A stretch of 64,000 nt of DNA from Thermodesulfobacteriota bacterium (lineage in GTDB: Bacteria; Desulfobacterota_D; UBA1144; Nemesobacterales; Nemesobacteraceae), in contig OZ241855.1 in the NCBI GenBank assembly GCA_965202785.1, forward strand, positions 832,001-896,000, in the 5' to 3' direction. The translations under genes and the position numbers were made by a program. Within the stretch, counting starts at the first letter, position 1. Each line of letters begins with the position of its first letter. The notes beneath the pieces were generated by a model. That model did not search any database. It was not told the origin of the DNA and saw only the letters and a program-made list of their open reading frames with translations. Of this stretch, positions 9,249 to 21,174 are shown one piece after another.

Positions 9249-10646
9249 ATGTGCGGAAAAAAACAGCTTCCGACCAGCGGACTCTCTCTTTTTTTCCTCA
9301 TCACGGGTCCTGTTCTCGGCGCAGTTCTTTTTCTCACGTTAAAATCCCTTGGCTGGGGGAGCGACGCGTGCTGGACCGCCGCGGTTTCCGCGGTATGCGC
9401 GGTATGGTGGATTTTTGAACCTGTGCCGATTCCGGTTACTTCTCTTCTGCCGTTTGCCCTGTTCCCCGTTCTGGGCGTTCTTTCTCCCAAGGAAATCAGC
9501 GAATCCTACGGGGCTCCACTCATACTGCTGCTTCTCGGGGGATTCATACTGTCGACGGCAATGGCGGGAAGCGGTGCGCACAGACGCCTGGCTCTTACCA
9601 TGGTTAATTTTTTCGGAGGGTCAAGTCCCCGCCGGCTGGTGTTTGGTTTCATGGCGGCCTCGGCGGTGCTGAGCATGTGGATTTCAAACACCGCCACAAC
9701 TCTTATGATGCTTCCCGTGGCCATAGCGGTACTGGAAAAAGCCAGGGATAGAGCCCTTACGGTGCCTCTTCTGCTTGGCATAGCGCACGCGGCGAGCGTC
9801 GGAGGCATAGGAACACCCATAGGAACTCCTCCTAACTTGGTGTTCAGCGAGATTTATTTCCAGAACACCGGAGTGGAAATCCCGTTTTTGACCTGGATGA
9901 GTTGGGGGATTCCGGTTGTCGTGATTTTCGTTCCGATAATAGGGCTCTATCTTACTCGTCATCTCACTGGTTCGGGTGGCTTTACCATGCCGGAAGTTGG
10001 GAAGTGGAGTTGTCACGAAGCGCGCGTACTGATCGTGTTCCTCCTCACAGCGGTTGCCTGGATGACGCGTAGCGAGCCGTTTGGCGGTTGGAAAACTTGG
10101 TTCGGTGTTCCGGGAGCGAATGACGCCAGTGTAGCGCTTGCGGCTGTCATAGTGATGTTCCTCGTGCCCAACGGCAAGGGGGGCAGGCTGCTTGACTGGG
10201 AAACGGCAAGCAAAATTCCCTGGGGGATGCTCATTTTGTTCGGAGGAGGCATAGCGATTGCAAAGGCTTTTATCGCGTCCGGGTTAAGCGTTGCGCTCGG
10301 CGAGGCCCTCTCCGGTCTTGGCGTTCTGCACATTGTTTTGATGCTGGCCGTTATTTGCCTTGCGATTACTTTTCTCACGGAACTCACAAGCAACACCGCG
10401 ACCACGACTTTGATGATGCCGATTCTCGCGGCTACCGCAATGGCGATGAATATCGAACCGGCACTGCTGATGGTGCCCGCGGCAATGAGCGCAAGCTGCG
10501 CGTTCATGCTTCCGGTTGCTACTGCTCCCAATGTGGTGGTGTTCAGCACGGGAGCCTTTCCGACAAAAGTAATGGCAAGAAATGGACTGGCCCTTAACTT
10601 TATCGGCGCGTTTATTATTACGGCCGTGTGCGCAATTATGCTTTAG
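9249..10646 (+). CDS. SLC13/DASS family sodium:dicarboxylate or sulfate symporter
   Basis: SMWISNTAT, GTPIGTPPN, TELTSNTAT, FMLPVATAPN. Confidence 0.93.
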   Translation: MCGKKQLPTSGLSLFFLITGPVLGAVLFLTLKSLGWGSDACWTAAVSAVCAVWWIFEPVPIPVTSLLPFALFPVLGVLSPKEISESYGAPLILLLLGGFILSTAMAGSGAHRRLALTMVNFFGGSSPRRLVFGFMAASAVLSMWISNTATTLMMLPVAIAVLEKARDRALTVPLLLGIAHAASVGGIGTPIGTPPNLVFSEIYFQNTGVEIPFLTWMSWGIPVVVIFVPIIGLYLTRHLTGSGGFTMPEVGKWSCHEARVLIVFLLTAVAWMTRSEPFGGWKTWFGVPGANDASVALAAVIVMFLVPNGKGGRLLDWETASKIPWGMLILFGGGIAIAKAFIASGLSVALGEALSGLGVLHIVLMLAVICLAITFLTELTSNTATTTLMMPILAATAMAMNIEPALLMVPAAMSASCAFMLPVATAPNVVVFSTGAFPTKVMARNGLALNFIGAFIITAVCAIML

Positions 10647-10657
10647 GGAGGGAGAGC

Positions 10658-11017
10658 TTAGCGTGGTGGGTCAAACATATATTGTTTTAAGGAAGCATTA
10701 ACGGCATTTTTGTCCTTCTTCGATAAGTACCCTAGTTGCCGAACAACCATCGATTTCTCTAACGTAAAGAGTTTTAAGCGTACTATTGACGGTACGATTA
10801 AATTGGCTTCAGCGTAGTCCTTCAGTTTTATATCGCTTCGCCAAGAACTATGCTTAGCAGTCGTAATCATAGCTAAAATCAATTGATCGTGATTCTCGTT
10901 AAACTCTTCGGATGATATAACCAAAGCAGGCCTGCGCTTTTTGGTGGAGGAGTCAGTAAAGGGAAAAGAAACAACTACGATATCATGGGGTTTAAAGGTC
11001 ACTCCAAGCCTCTTCAT
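10658..11017 (-). CDS. Type II toxin, PemK/MazF family endoribonuclease
   Basis: DIVVVSFPFTD...KRRPALVIS, AMITT. Confidence 0.9.
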   Translation of the reverse strand: MKRLGVTFKPHDIVVVSFPFTDSSTKKRRPALVISSEEFNENHDQLILAMITTAKHSSWRSDIKLKDYAEANLIVPSIVRLKLFTLEKSMVVRQLGYLSKKDKNAVNASLKQYMFDPPR

Positions 11018-11216
11018 CCTCGTCCGACAGCCATTCTTTAAGGTTTAAAGAAACGCTGTCCAAATAATCATCTTTAACAGATTTGAGCTTGGTTACAATC
11101 ACGCGATCTCCGTCTAATTCGAAAACAAGCTTGTCACCTGTTTTAAAATGTGCGGCCTTACGCAACGCGTGAGGAATAGTGACTTGGCCTTTTGAGGTGA
11201 TTTTAGAAATTTCCAT
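10992..11216 (-). CDS. AbrB/MazE family antitoxin
   Basis: MEISKITSKGQVTIP, acidic tail EWLSDEDEEAWSDL; overlaps the toxin start; start moved to ATG 11216. Confidence 0.9.
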   Translation of the reverse strand: MEISKITSKGQVTIPHALRKAAHFKTGDKLVFELDGDRVIVTKLKSVKDDYLDSVSLNLKEWLSDEDEEAWSDL

Positions 11217-11227
11217 AACGGCATATC

Positions 11228-11243
11228 TCCTTACATGTAAGGA
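11228..11243. promoter_or_regulatory. Perfect 16-bp palindrome, probable toxin-antitoxin autoregulatory operator
   Basis: TCCTTACATGTAAGGA overlaps the antitoxin RBS. Confidence 0.65.
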
Positions 11244-11345
11244 TAACAAAAGAGTAAAAATATACAACAGTGTTGGAAAACAAATTAGCATGGGGCGGCA
11301 GGGGAGCAAGTTTGTCGCTACTGCTTCTGATCAAAATTGGATAAG

Positions 11346-12752
11346 TCATGCTATCTCTCTCAGTTGGATTGAATCTATACCGGCGGTTGTGATAACGTCG
11401 GATACGAGCACGACGCGGTCTCCCGGTTTTAATATCCGTTTTTGCTTCAGAAGCTCGAAGGCTTCTTCGGTCCTCTGTTCGGGATCTTCGGATTCGTCCA
11501 TGCAATGCGCGATTACGGCTCTGTTCAAGGACAACTGCCGTTTTATCCTGTCGTCGAAAGTTACCGCATGAATAGGTGTCTTGGCTGGCCTGCAGTTTGT
11601 TGTCAGCTGAGCCATCAATCCCTTTTTCGTTATTACAACTAGGCATTTGGCATCAATTGATTCGGCGAGCTCAACCGCTGAAGCCGCTATATGCTGCTTG
11701 AGATCTTGCTTAACAAGAAGCTTGCCCATCTGCAGACTTGTGAGACTTTCCGCCTTTAAGGCTATCTTGTCGAGATGTTCTATTGACCTTACGGGATATT
11801 TCCCGGTTGTTGTCTCACCCGAGAGCATGAGCGCGTCGATCTCCTCGTAGACCGCGTTTGAGATATCCGTTACTTCCGCCCGGGTAGGAATCGGGTTATC
11901 AATCATTGATTCAAGGAGATGGGTGGCGACTATGACTCTTTTGCCTTTTTCCTGGCATTTGCCGACTATCACTCTCTGCACGTCTGGCAGTTCCTCAATG
12001 CTTATCTCGATACCGAGGTCTCCCCTCGCAACCATTACCGCGTCCGATGCATCAACGATTTCCTCTACGTTGCGCACCCCTTGCTGGTCCTCGATTTTAG
12101 AGATGATTTTTATTCCTTCGCCTTTGGCCCCTAGGAGTGCCCTGAGATCCGAAACGTCCTGTGCTTCCCTGACAAAAGAAAGAGCTATGTAATCAACTTC
12201 GTTTCTTACTCCGAACTCTATGTCGGTCTTGTCCTTGTCCGTTATCGAAGGAAGATTGACCTTTACCCCGGGCAGATTGACGTGGCGTTTGCTTTTCATG
12301 GTTCCGCCGTCAATTACCTTGCATTTCATGGTTCCGTGGTCCTTCTCGAGCACCTGCAGGTTTATGAGACCGTTGTCCACGGTTATTTTCTCTCCTATCC
12401 GAACTTCGTTGATAATGTCCTCGTAGTTAATATGAATTGAAGATCCTTCAACGTCACCGGGCCTCACGGACACCGTAATTACATCTCCTTGGCTTATATG
12501 CAGGTCGCTTTGCAGAACCCCGGTTCTGATCTCCGGTCCCTGGGTGTCAAGTATCAGGGCGATTGAATCTTCGATTTCACTGTTGATGGATTTCACCGTG
12601 TTGATTACTTCAAGATGGCTTTCGTGAGTGCCGTGCGACATGTTGAGGCGCACGGCGTTCATGCCAGCCTTGTACATTTTCATCAGCATTTCGTACGAAC
12701 TTGTGGAGGGACCTACGGTGCAGATTATTTTTGTTTTTCTAAATGGTTTCAT
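11346..12752 (-). CDS. pyk: Pyruvate kinase
   Basis: RKTKIICTVGP, DTQGPEIRTG, MVARGDLG, PTRAEVTD, MLSGET. Confidence 0.97.
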   Translation of the reverse strand: MKPFRKTKIICTVGPSTSSYEMLMKMYKAGMNAVRLNMSHGTHESHLEVINTVKSINSEIEDSIALILDTQGPEIRTGVLQSDLHISQGDVITVSVRPGDVEGSSIHINYEDIINEVRIGEKITVDNGLINLQVLEKDHGTMKCKVIDGGTMKSKRHVNLPGVKVNLPSITDKDKTDIEFGVRNEVDYIALSFVREAQDVSDLRALLGAKGEGIKIISKIEDQQGVRNVEEIVDASDAVMVARGDLGIEISIEELPDVQRVIVGKCQEKGKRVIVATHLLESMIDNPIPTRAEVTDISNAVYEEIDALMLSGETTTGKYPVRSIEHLDKIALKAESLTSLQMGKLLVKQDLKQHIAASAVELAESIDAKCLVVITKKGLMAQLTTNCRPAKTPIHAVTFDDRIKRQLSLNRAVIAHCMDESEDPEQRTEEAFELLKQKRILKPGDRVVLVSDVITTAGIDSIQLREIA

Positions 12753-12901
12753 AAACGGGGAAATATGTCGGTAAATTCAGAAAATGCAAAGTTCTTTTAC
12801 CCCCAAGCTAGTATATAGATCAAAGTGGCAGGGAGGGCGTGGCTTGCTGAAGTGCGTTCCAGTTATTTTCCGCCTGATTCCTTGTGAATACCTTTCTGCG
12901 G

Positions 12902-13257
12902 TTACTTGAGATGTTCTTTGGGGATATGACGAATAATATCTCTGGAGTCGTGAAGAACTCTGTTTATAACTATTTCATTTTCGTTCGGCAGGAAATAAAG
13001 AATGAAATGGCGAGGTTTTCTCACGGTTCCTTCGGCTCTGGCACGACTCAGCATTATGTGATAGCTGCGAATGTTTTTACTGATTTCAGGGCGGCTTTTA
13101 CTACCTAGCCGATAGGGGTTTCTCTTATGTTGCGAATGGCCTGCTTGAGAAGAGTCTCGTAAGAGTTAGCCGTATTGTGCCCGTGACGGTTAACCGTATA
13201 TTTACGAATATCGAGCAGGTCGGAACGGGCCGGTTCGGTGATCGTGATTTTACGCAT
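12902..13257 (-). pseudogene. ParE/RelE family toxin, frameshifted
   Basis: MRKITITEPARSDLLDIRKYT...IRE stops at TAG near 13105. The -1 frame continues PYRLGSKSRPEISKNIRSYH...RHFILY...RVLHDSRDIIRHIPKEHLK*. Confidence 0.85.
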
Positions 13258-13273
13258 GGTCACCGAATCTCCA

Positions 13274-13552
13274 TCATGTTTCGGCTGCTTCCCGTGCTAT
13301 GTCGCTAAAAAACCGGTTCAAAGCAGCATCATCTTCAATAAGAAAAGTTTCCCCTCGACTGTAGGCTTCTTCTCCTACCTTAACTTCCCGACGCAATCCC
13401 TCGAGTTTAGCTTTTACTTCCTGTTCCTCTCGTTCCAAAAGATGCAGAGCCGCTCTGACAACCTCGCTGGCGTTTTTAAACCGACCGGAGTCTATCTGCC
13501 GGGTTAAAAATGCATCATAGCGGTCAGTCAGATTTATATTACGAGTAGGCAT
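13274..13552 (-). CDS. ParD family antitoxin (ribbon-helix-helix)
   Basis: MPTRNINLT...SGRFKNASEVVRAALHLL; directly upstream of parE; GGAGA RBS. Confidence 0.9.
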   Translation of the reverse strand: MPTRNINLTDRYDAFLTRQIDSGRFKNASEVVRAALHLLEREEQEVKAKLEGLRREVKVGEEAYSRGETFLIEDDAALNRFFSDIAREAAET

Positions 13553-13593
13553 GTGTCTATCTCCACGAAGCATAAAATACTCAAAAGAGGCGA

Positions 13594-13614
13594 AATTGTC
13601 AATTTTTGCCAATT
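13594..13614. promoter_or_regulatory. Imperfect palindrome upstream of parD, probable operator
   Basis: AATTGTCAA-TTT-TTGCCAATT (one mismatch); includes TTGACA on the minus strand. Confidence 0.5.
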
Positions 13615-13900
13615 ATTGGATTTAAGTTTTTCGTGATGGGCAAGATATCATATGCTACCTTGATGAGATACATTCGGGATGCGGACTGTTTCAGCGATCA
13701 TGCGGGAGAAAAATTCCTGTGACTCGAGTTAGCACGGCTTTAGAAAGTTAAACCGGAGAGCTTAAATACAATTTCCGCTATTCGTTGAAACTCCCCGCGA
13801 TTTTCCGAGCAATTCAGCGCTTTTTTGACAGTGTGCCTGTTTTGTGATACTAAACTGCATTTTAACCTGACAAAGTCCTCGAGTTTCCCAAGACGAGACA

Positions 13901-15181
13901 ATGGAATACATACAGCATTTATCAGTAGAAAATTTCATTCTTTATCTTCTGATAATCCTTGTTTTCGCCAAGGCCTTCGGCCGGCTGGCAGAAAAAATCG
14001 GACAGCCCTCGGTTCTCGGGGAACTTCTCGCCGGGGTAGTTCTGAGTGCAGGAGTTCTGGCGCTTATTCCTTCTACGGAAGGCATGGTCGGATACGACGT
14101 ATTTCACCTGCTAGCTGAAATAGGGGTTGTTCTTCTTCTTTTCGAAATAGGTCTTGAGACCAGGATTGCGGACCTGATAAAAGTGGGCCCTGTCTCGGGG
14201 CTTGTGGCCATAGTCGGTGTGGTGCTTCCGTTTGTGCTTGGATATTTCAGCATAATTTATTTCCAGAAGTTCGCCATACTCAGCCTTGAAGCCAATATGG
14301 TAGGGCTCGTGGCCATAGTGACGGGAGCAACGCTTACCGCCACGAGCGTCGGAATCACGGCCAGGGTTCTAGCCGACCTTGACCGGCTCCAGACAAAAGA
14401 GGCAAGGATAGTTCTTACCGCCGCCATAATAGATGACGTGCTCGGGCTTATAATTCTCGGAGTCGTAAGCGGCATAGTGAGCTCTTTTGGATCAGATAGT
14501 GCGGGGGCGGCGGGAATTACCTTGAGTTCCGTGGCCTTTATAACCGCGAAGGCATTCGGTTTTCTTGCCGTTTCCATAGTTCTCGGCAGGATTATCGCTC
14601 CCAGAATTTTCGGGTTTTTCGCCCGGATCGACAGAAACAATCTCGTCTGGCTCATGGCAATAGCCTTCTGTTTTGTCTATGCCTACTGCTCAAATCTTTT
14701 TTCTCTAGCTCCCATAGTGGGGGCGTTTGCGGCCGGTCTGGTTCTTCGCGAAACGGATCAGTTCAAGACTATTGAAAATGGAATAAAGCCCGTTTCTCAC
14801 TTTTTCGCCCCGATATTTTTCGTGATGGTAGGGGCTGCCGTGGATGTTTCTGTATTTAACCCCTTTGTATCTGAAAATATTATGGTAATATCAATCGCTT
14901 TAATTCTTTTCGTGGTGGCGGTTGTAGGCAAGTACGTGAGCGGTTACGTGGTCTATGAAAAAGGCATAAGAAAAAGTATAATTGGCGTCGGAATGATCCC
15001 AAGAGGTGAGGTTGGGCTTATTTTCGCGAAGATCGGTCTTGTGCATGGCGTTTTCAAAACCGATCTTTTCTCCGCCGTCACGGCTATGGTAATACTGACA
15101 ACCTTTATAGTGCCCCCGCTTTTAAAATGGATGTTCGAAAGTGAGGACAAGGAGCGTAAGCTGGCCGAAAACACGGTCTAG
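13901..15181 (+). CDS. Cation:proton antiporter (CPA2, NapA/KefB-like)
   Basis: LGELLAG, LFEIGLE, ATSVGIT, AAIIDDVLG, GMIPRGEVGLIFA. Confidence 0.93.
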   Translation: MEYIQHLSVENFILYLLIILVFAKAFGRLAEKIGQPSVLGELLAGVVLSAGVLALIPSTEGMVGYDVFHLLAEIGVVLLLFEIGLETRIADLIKVGPVSGLVAIVGVVLPFVLGYFSIIYFQKFAILSLEANMVGLVAIVTGATLTATSVGITARVLADLDRLQTKEARIVLTAAIIDDVLGLIILGVVSGIVSSFGSDSAGAAGITLSSVAFITAKAFGFLAVSIVLGRIIAPRIFGFFARIDRNNLVWLMAIAFCFVYAYCSNLFSLAPIVGAFAAGLVLRETDQFKTIENGIKPVSHFFAPIFFVMVGAAVDVSVFNPFVSENIMVISIALILFVVAVVGKYVSGYVVYEKGIRKSIIGVGMIPRGEVGLIFAKIGLVHGVFKTDLFSAVTAMVILTTFIVPPLLKWMFESEDKERKLAENTV

Positions 15182-15207
15182 CAAATAATCTTAAAGCTGG
15201 ATTAATC

Positions 15208-15717
15208 ATGAGATTCTACGGTCTTAGGACATTTTTATATGCTGCGATCTTCGCCTTGGCGGTTGTTCCCTCGGCAAATGCCGCTGAGAACATGCTGAGT
15301 GTTGATGAAACCCTGATAATTCAACTTGTTATTTTTCTGGTAGGGCTTTTTCTGCTGAACAGGCTCGTGTTCCGCCCGCTTCTCGGGGTCTGGGACAGAA
15401 GGGAGGAACTTACCGCGGGCACGCTCAGGGAAGCCGAGGAGATGACCCGCAAGGCCGAGGGCGCCATCGCAGAGTACAATGAGAAAATCGCTGAAGCGAG
15501 GACCCAGGCTACTGAGACAAGAAACGAACTCCGCCAGCAGGGGCAGAGCGAATCTTCGAGGATGCTTCTTTCAGCTAGAGAGGCTGCCCAGGCGGAACTT
15601 GAGGGTGCGAGAGGGACTCTTGAGAGCGAGGTCGCGAAGATGAGAGCGGACCTGCAGGGCGAGATAGAGTCGCTTGCAGCGGAGATAAGCAACCGTGTCT
15701 TGAGGAAGGGGGCGTAG
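15208..15717 (+). CDS. ATP synthase F0 subunit b'
   Basis: TM helix, LNRLVFRPLL, coiled coil; first of two b-like genes. Confidence 0.88.
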   Translation: MRFYGLRTFLYAAIFALAVVPSANAAENMLSVDETLIIQLVIFLVGLFLLNRLVFRPLLGVWDRREELTAGTLREAEEMTRKAEGAIAEYNEKIAEARTQATETRNELRQQGQSESSRMLLSAREAAQAELEGARGTLESEVAKMRADLQGEIESLAAEISNRVLRKGA

Positions 15718-15762
15718 TGCTGATGCCAGCTGCGGATTTTAATTTTCCGGGGGAACCAGAGA

Positions 15763-16272
15763 TTGGATAGCCATTTCAACTGGGCGTTTGTAATAAAGTA
15801 CGCTGTTAACTTGGGTCTTCTTATAGCCCTTCTCATATACCTTATCAGAAAACCTTTTCTGTCCTTTCTCAAGAACAGGAAGGAAAGGCTGCGCTCGGAG
15901 GTGGACCGCGCCGCGGAGGCGGCCGAGCAGGCGAAAATTACGCTTGAGGAATACTCGGCGAAACTTGATGCGGTTGCCTCGGAAATAGCGGCTCTTCAGG
16001 AGAATATAAGAAACCAGGGTGAAAATGAAAAGAATGATCTTGTCTCCGCGGCGGAGAAAAGCTGCGAGATGATAAAAAAAGAGGTTGAGGACACGGTTCG
16101 TCTTGAGACCACGAAGGCGGTCTCCGAGATACAGTCCGAAGTGGTCGACTCGGCGCTTGCGCTTGCCGAAAAAATGATAAAGGAGCGGGTGGACACGGAT
16201 TTTACGACCGATTCGGTCGACGATTTTGTAAAAATGATTGAGGAAGGGAAATGGCAACAGTTGCGACACTGA
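15763..16272 (+). CDS. atpF: ATP synthase F0 subunit b
   Basis: N-terminal TM (YAVNLGLLIALL), KPFLSFLKNR, coiled coil. Confidence 0.9.
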   Translation: MDSHFNWAFVIKYAVNLGLLIALLIYLIRKPFLSFLKNRKERLRSEVDRAAEAAEQAKITLEEYSAKLDAVASEIAALQENIRNQGENEKNDLVSAAEKSCEMIKKEVEDTVRLETTKAVSEIQSEVVDSALALAEKMIKERVDTDFTTDSVDDFVKMIEEGKWQQLRH

Positions 16273-16793
16273 GAGATCTTGTCTCGGCGCTTGTGGATTC
16301 CGCGGCGGATGAAAGCGAACTTTCGGGCGTAAGAGCCAACATGGAGAATTTCTTTGAGCGGGTCGCCGATTCGGGCGAGCTTCGAGATGTTCTTTTAAGC
16401 ACGGTGTTTTCGATAGAGGAGAAAAAGGCGGTCTTGGGGGATTTCCTCGAGGCGGTGTCTTCTCTTGAGATTACGAGAAGATTTCTTCTGCTGGTTTTGG
16501 AGATGGAGAAGGTCTCGGTGCTTCTCGGCTCAAGGGAAGCCGTGCTTGCGAGACTTGACGAAGCGGTTGGAAAAGTAACGGCCGAAATTACCTCGGCCAG
16601 AGATCTTAGCCAAAACGACGTCGAGAGGCTCAGCGCGGCGCTTCGTGCGGCGACCGGAAAAACGGTTGAGGTGTCGCTTAAGGTTGATTCTTCCATGATA
16701 GGCGGAATAAAAGCGCAGGTAGGTGACAAGGTTTACGATAACAGCGTCAGGACGCAGCTTGAGAGAATAAGAGGCGTTCTTTCTCCGTCCTGA
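16251..16793 (+). CDS. atpH: ATP synthase F1 subunit delta
   Basis: [32 protein letters not shown]. Confidence 0.93.
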   Translation: MATVATLRDLVSALVDSAADESELSGVRANMENFFERVADSGELRDVLLSTVFSIEEKKAVLGDFLEAVSSLEITRRFLLLVLEMEKVSVLLGSREAVLARLDEAVGKVTAEITSARDLSQNDVERLSAALRAATGKTVEVSLKVDSSMIGGIKAQVGDKVYDNSVRTQLERIRGVLSPS

Positions 16794-16819
16794 CCCGAAT
16801 AATTCCAAAGGAGCTAGTA

Positions 16820-18337
16820 ATGCAGGAACTAAGAGCAGAGAGTATAGGCGAGATTCTGAGAAACAGGATAAAGGGCTATGAACGGAAAGTTGATACCGAA
16901 GAAGTCGGGACGGTTATTTCCGTCGGCGACGGTATCGCCAGGGTTTACGGTCTTGATCAGGCGGTAGCGGGAGAGCTCGTCGAGTTTGACGGCGGAATCA
17001 CTGGACTTGTTCTTAACCTTGAAGAGGATAATGTCGGTGTCGCTCTTTTCGGAGAGGATTCCCACCTGAGCGAAGGAGGGATGGTAAAGCGAACGGGACG
17101 CATCGCCGAGGTGCCTGTCGGAGACGCTCTCGGCGGAAGGGTGGTCGATGCTCTCGGAAGACCGATTGACGGTCTCGGAGAAATAGCCGCCACTGAAACA
17201 AGGCAGATCGAGGTGAAGGCCCCCGGAGTTATTTACCGCCAGTCGGTAAACGAGCCCCTTCAGACGGGACTTAAAGCCGTTGATTCCATGATACCGATAG
17301 GAAGAGGCCAGAGAGAGCTTATTCTGGGAGATCGTCAGGTCGGAAAGACCGCTATCGCGATCGATACGATAATAAACCAAAGAGAAGAAGATGTTCACTG
17401 CATATACGTTGCCATAGGGCAAAAACAGTCAACCGTGGCTCAGGTAGTCGATAAGCTCAAGGAGCACGACGCCATGAAGTACACGACAATAGTTTCCGCC
17501 ACGGCCAGCACCCCAGCTCCTTTTCAGTTTCTTGCTCCTTTCTCCGGCTGTGCCCTGGGAGAGTATTTCAGAGACACCGGCCGCCACGCGCTCATAATAT
17601 ACGATGATCTGACGAAACACGCGTGGTCTTACCGCCAGCTTTCGCTTCTTCTAAAAAGACCGCCGGGACGCGAGGCTTACCCCGGAGATGTTTTCTATCT
17701 TCACTCTAGGCTTCTTGAGCGCGCCGCCAAGATGAGAGACGAAGACGGAGGCGGTTCCCTTACGGCGCTTCCGATAATCGAAACGCAGGCCGGTGACGTG
17801 TCCGCCTACATTCCCACGAACGTGATTTCCATCACCGACGGGCAGATATATCTTGAGAGCGATCTTTTCTACTCGGGTGTGCGTCCTGCCATTAACGTCG
17901 GTCTCTCGGTTTCAAGGGTAGGGGGAAGCGCTCAGATAAAGGCGATGAAAAACGTCGCCGGAACCCTGAGGCTCGAGCTTGCCCAGTACAGGGAGGTTGA
18001 GGCGTTCGCGCAGTTCGCTTCCGATCTTGACAGGGTAACCCAGAACCAGCTTGCCCGCGGAAGCAGGCTCGTTGAAGCCCTCAAGCAGGATCAGTACGAA
18101 CCGCAGGGGGTTGAAAAGCAGATCCTGATCATATTCGCAGTTACAAACGGCTATGCTGACGACTATCCAGTATCCGCAGTGAGAAAATACGAGAGGGAGC
18201 TTTCTTCTTTCATGGAATCGAAGCATCCTGAGTATCTTGCGGAAATAAAAGAGAAGAAAGTTGTTTCGGACGAACTTGAGGACAAGCTCGTGGCAGCACT
18301 TGACGAGCTTAAAAACCAGTTGGGCGAGCTTGCCTGA
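16820..18337 (+). CDS. atpA: ATP synthase F1 subunit alpha
   Basis: [38 protein letters not shown]. Confidence 0.98.
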   Translation: MQELRAESIGEILRNRIKGYERKVDTEEVGTVISVGDGIARVYGLDQAVAGELVEFDGGITGLVLNLEEDNVGVALFGEDSHLSEGGMVKRTGRIAEVPVGDALGGRVVDALGRPIDGLGEIAATETRQIEVKAPGVIYRQSVNEPLQTGLKAVDSMIPIGRGQRELILGDRQVGKTAIAIDTIINQREEDVHCIYVAIGQKQSTVAQVVDKLKEHDAMKYTTIVSATASTPAPFQFLAPFSGCALGEYFRDTGRHALIIYDDLTKHAWSYRQLSLLLKRPPGREAYPGDVFYLHSRLLERAAKMRDEDGGGSLTALPIIETQAGDVSAYIPTNVISITDGQIYLESDLFYSGVRPAINVGLSVSRVGGSAQIKAMKNVAGTLRLELAQYREVEAFAQFASDLDRVTQNQLARGSRLVEALKQDQYEPQGVEKQILIIFAVTNGYADDYPVSAVRKYERELSSFMESKHPEYLAEIKEKKVVSDELEDKLVAALDELKNQLGELA

Positions 18338-18357
18338 CGCAGTAGCGGGAAAGGATA

Positions 18358-20717
<2,360 letters not shown>

Positions 20718-20732
20718 CGGGAGACCTGAAAA

Positions 20733-21134
20733 TTGGCTGAGAAACTGCGACTTAAGATCATAACCCCGGAAAAGCTCGTGTTTGACGGCGAGGTCGAGGA
20801 ACTTGTCGCCCCCGGCCAGATGGGGGAATTCGGCGTTTTGCCAGGTCACGTGCCTTTTCTTTCCGTGCTTTTTCCGGGAAGGCTCAGGTTCAAAACCGAC
20901 GAGTCGGGAGAAAACACTCTCATAATCCATGGCGGCCTCGCGGACGTAAAGGATGACACCATCAGCATTCTTACCGACCAGTCGGAGAATCCCGAAGAGG
21001 TTGACGTCGCGGCAGCTAGAAAAGACTCTGAGACCCTTCAGAAGGAACTTGATGAGCTTCAGGATACGGAAGCTTCGGAAAGAGAAGAGCTTGATAGGAA
21101 GCTCAGGATAGCACGCGCTCGAGCTGGGGAATAA
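20733..21134 (+). CDS. atpC: ATP synthase F1 subunit epsilon
   Basis: LKIITPEK, GEFGVLPGH. Confidence 0.95.
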   Translation: MAEKLRLKIITPEKLVFDGEVEELVAPGQMGEFGVLPGHVPFLSVLFPGRLRFKTDESGENTLIIHGGLADVKDDTISILTDQSENPEEVDVAAARKDSETLQKELDELQDTEASEREELDRKLRIARARAGE

Positions 21135-21174
21135 CCTTTCTTTAGAACTTACCCTTAACTACACTAAAAGTGGT

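Noticed and set aside
12884-13108. 74-aa plus-strand ORF
   Set aside because: Antisense shadow of the parE C-terminal half.
13105-13125. Programmed -1 frameshift in parE
   Set aside because: No in-frame X XXY YYZ slippery heptamer; a single-base deletion is simpler.
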